DNA from: Dipteris shenzhenensis
Taxonomy: Eukaryota
Strand: one strand, 5' to 3'
DNA length: 64,000 bases
Assembly (NCBI GenBank): GCA_047967505.1
Contig: CM106538.1
Program-made: the position numbers and the translations under genes
The notes under the pieces: model-generated
What the model was told of the DNA's origin: nothing
The model's input: only the letters and a program-made list of their open reading frames with translations
The model's database searches: none
Shown: piece after piece, positions 61,201-64,000 of the stretch
Layout of the letters: each line of letters starts with the position of its first letter
Numbering within the stretch: position 1 is the stretch's first letter

Positions 61201-63303
61201 AATAAAACATTACAACTCCAAAACGTTTAGTTCACAAGGCATTCATTGGTAGAATATTGCACAAGAAAGTTGAATGCCCTAAAAATAAAATGAGTGTATA
61301 TTAATTCATAGCCCAAAAAGTACTTGTATATATATATATTACGAACCCAAGCCATCTGTGGCTTCAAGAACCAAAAAAAAGAGGAGTGTATACACCAGAG
61401 AGGCATGAAGCCAAGCCAATGGCTTCAAGTACAAAAAAGAGTAGCTCGCACTAATTCTAGCACTACTTCTATGACTAATCTAAGCATCTGCATCCTCGCT
61501 CCCTTCTTCATTGCCTTCTTTGTCGCCTTCTTCATCACCTTCTTCCTCCTCACTATCCTCGTTTGCTTCCTCCTGACTATCCCAAGGGGTTTGTAAATGA
61601 GGAACAACATGTATCAATGTATGAAACATCAAATCTTTATTTATAATATTGATATTATTTAAGTACTTTTAAATACTTGGGGGGGGGGCTCCAGTAGCCC
61701 CGATATACTACTCCTCAGTAATCAATCCCTCATCATCCATGTATGTCATCTATGATGTCCACGATGGTAGGCTGTCTCGATAGGAGTAGGGTACCTTCCC
61801 ATGATATCAAGCTGTAAGATGACACAATTTGCGGAGGGGTTAGTACAAAGGAATAACCTCCTAATAAACCACATAAACATAATATAATTTGAGATCGATA
61901 CTTACAAATTGGGCCTCCCATGATGCAATATCCCTTGCTCCAAAATGCACGTTTTCATATTGCTCCATTTAGATCCTTCGTGCCTCCACATGTTGCAGAC
62001 TGGGGTCCGCCTTCACTGCCTTCATTCCTTTCTTTCACTTGCGCTTATGAGCGGTATGGAACTGGCCCCTTGGTGGTTGACCTCCCTCTCTCCTGGCAAG
62101 CTTGTTCAGCAAAGATCTTTTACTGGCAAGTATAATGGTAATCTTTGACTTTGCCCATTTCTTTATCTCGGGAGATTCATAGGGGGGAACTTATGATATC
62201 ACGTGAGTATACAATAGTTTTTTTTTTTAAAATGAGGCATAAGCTTATATATTAGGGGTGGGGGCCCTTTTTATTTTTTTCTAATATTGAATTTAAGTTA
62301 GGGGGCCATGCCATATTTAAGAGGGGGGAAAATAGTATAGGCTACCTTAGGTAACTAGTCCAAACAAGTTTTGGTTTTGTATATGGTTTTAAATAGTCAT
62401 AGGAAAAGAAATCTAAAATTTCTTATTATGTAATCTAAATGCTTGAGAAAGAACATAGATTTAAGAAAAGGGGGGAACATAATAGAATTTTGGTGGTATC
62501 TTATAAGCTTAAATAGGGGTGTTTTATCATTCTACATAGTTAATGCACGCAGGTGACGTCCCCCTTCAATGAAGAGTGAATCCCTTGGGTTCTCCATGAA
62601 CTCAAGATTAGGGGGATTGGGATACCTAGAGCGTACAGTATTGATGGTATCATCAATCAACCTTTTTTGTTGCTCTTTGAATAGAAGAAAGCAATCTTAT
62701 AGTTGTTAGCAACTACAGAGTGCATGAAGGCCATGATGTCCTTTCCCCGTGCATTCATCAAGATGTCTCCTGTCATAGTTATATCATAGAAGATCATACC
62801 ATCACCCTATGGCACATCTGCATCATCTCAATCCTCCTCGCCTCCACCATTACTGTCAAATCACTGTGCCATGCATCCCCCAAAGCTCGCCCTGCTACTA
62901 TGCCTACTGTCCTATCATGACGAGCTAGTACGCTAGGTACTCGTCTTTGGAGAAGAAACTAATGACCGCATGGGAGTACACTGGCGGCTCCGCAAGAAAG
63001 AAGGACCTCCTGACGACAGGGGAGAAGGAACTCCAGACCACCGCAAGGAAGAAGGGACTGTTGATGATTGCAGGGGAGAAGTGACTCCAAACCACAGGGA
63101 ATAAGGGACTCTTAATGATCGGGAAGAAGACTAGTAGTTCTGTCGTCTGCTGGGCTGTCTTGACTCCACAAGAGTAATCTCAGTTGGTGTGGGTATGGGG
63201 TGGTTTGGAGTCTCTACTGTCGACTCTTGGGGGGTATTTTGAGTACTCATCAAGTATGTATATAACTCTTGAGGAGTAGGAGGGTACCTCAAAATGTTAT
63301 ATA

Positions 63304-64000
63304 ACTATTGTAATATGGCATCCCGAAGATCAGGCGAGACCCTTGAAGAGCTTCCTGGCCACATGATGAACTACAGAAAAGAAGAGAAGAAGATTTTCAT
63401 CATGCATGCAATCCCGTGATTTCCATCATGTATGCCCTCTTTCCATCATGCATGCAATCCTGTGATTTTCATTATGCATGCCCTCTTTCCATCATGCACG
63501 CAATCCCATGATTTCCATCATGCACGTAATCCTGTGATTTCCATCATGCATGCCCTCTTTCTTTATCTCGCTCTCATGCTGCAGTCTAATTTTTCTCATG
63601 CAATCACTTATTTCCATCATTCATGCAATCCTTTATTTTCTCACGGATGCTTAAGGCATTGAAAATTCGACTTTTAGCATCTAAAAGTCGAATTTTCAAT
63701 GCCTTAAGCATCCGTGAGAAAATAAAGGATTGCATGAATGATGGAAATAAGTGATTGCATGAGATAAAGAAAGAGGGCATGAGAAAAATTGGATTGCAGC
63801 ATGAGGGCGAGATAAAGAAAGAGGGCATGCATGATGGAAATCATGGAATGCATGCATGATGGAAAGAGGGCATGCATGATGGAAATCACGAGATTGCATG
63901 AATGATGGAAATCTTCTTCTGTTCTTTTCTGCAGTCCATCATGTGGCCAAGAAGCTCTTCAAGAGCCTCGCTTGATCTTTGGGATGCCGTATAATAGTAG
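63304..64000. repeat. Long foldback (inverted repeat) with internal GATTTCCATCATGCATGC tandem units
   Basis: Perfect arms 63594-63677 and 63681-63764 around a 3-nt loop; imperfect arms continue to ~63304 and the window end. Confidence 0.92.

Overview
Eukaryotic, transposon-dominated land-plant DNA; fern or lycophyte-like is only an inference from the element types and gene layout. The only host gene I can recognise is the 3' half of VPS26 (five spliced exons, 42701-43802, +). Its 5' exons are not recognisable in the preceding 42.7 kb. That upstream stretch is a nest of Ty1/copia, Ty3/gypsy (chromovirus) and non-LTR elements. Main observations: (1) a head-to-tail array of three ~2 kb poly(A)-tailed ORF1-only 'half-LINE' elements plus an ORF2-bearing L1, all abutting (GT)n/(CA)n tracts; the three ORF1-only copies share a C-terminal domain I cannot assign and a 3' stem-loop. 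(2) A gag-only copia element with a third, inverted LTR that forms a 572-bp palindrome inside a single 5-bp TSD. (3) An intron-containing P-superfamily-like transposase between degenerate inverted repeats. (4) CCGTACA (SPL-type) motif clusters in three unrelated elements. (5) Tandem duplications with inverted templated filler. (6) A ~700-bp foldback at the window end. All coordinates and alignments were read by eye; no searches were run.
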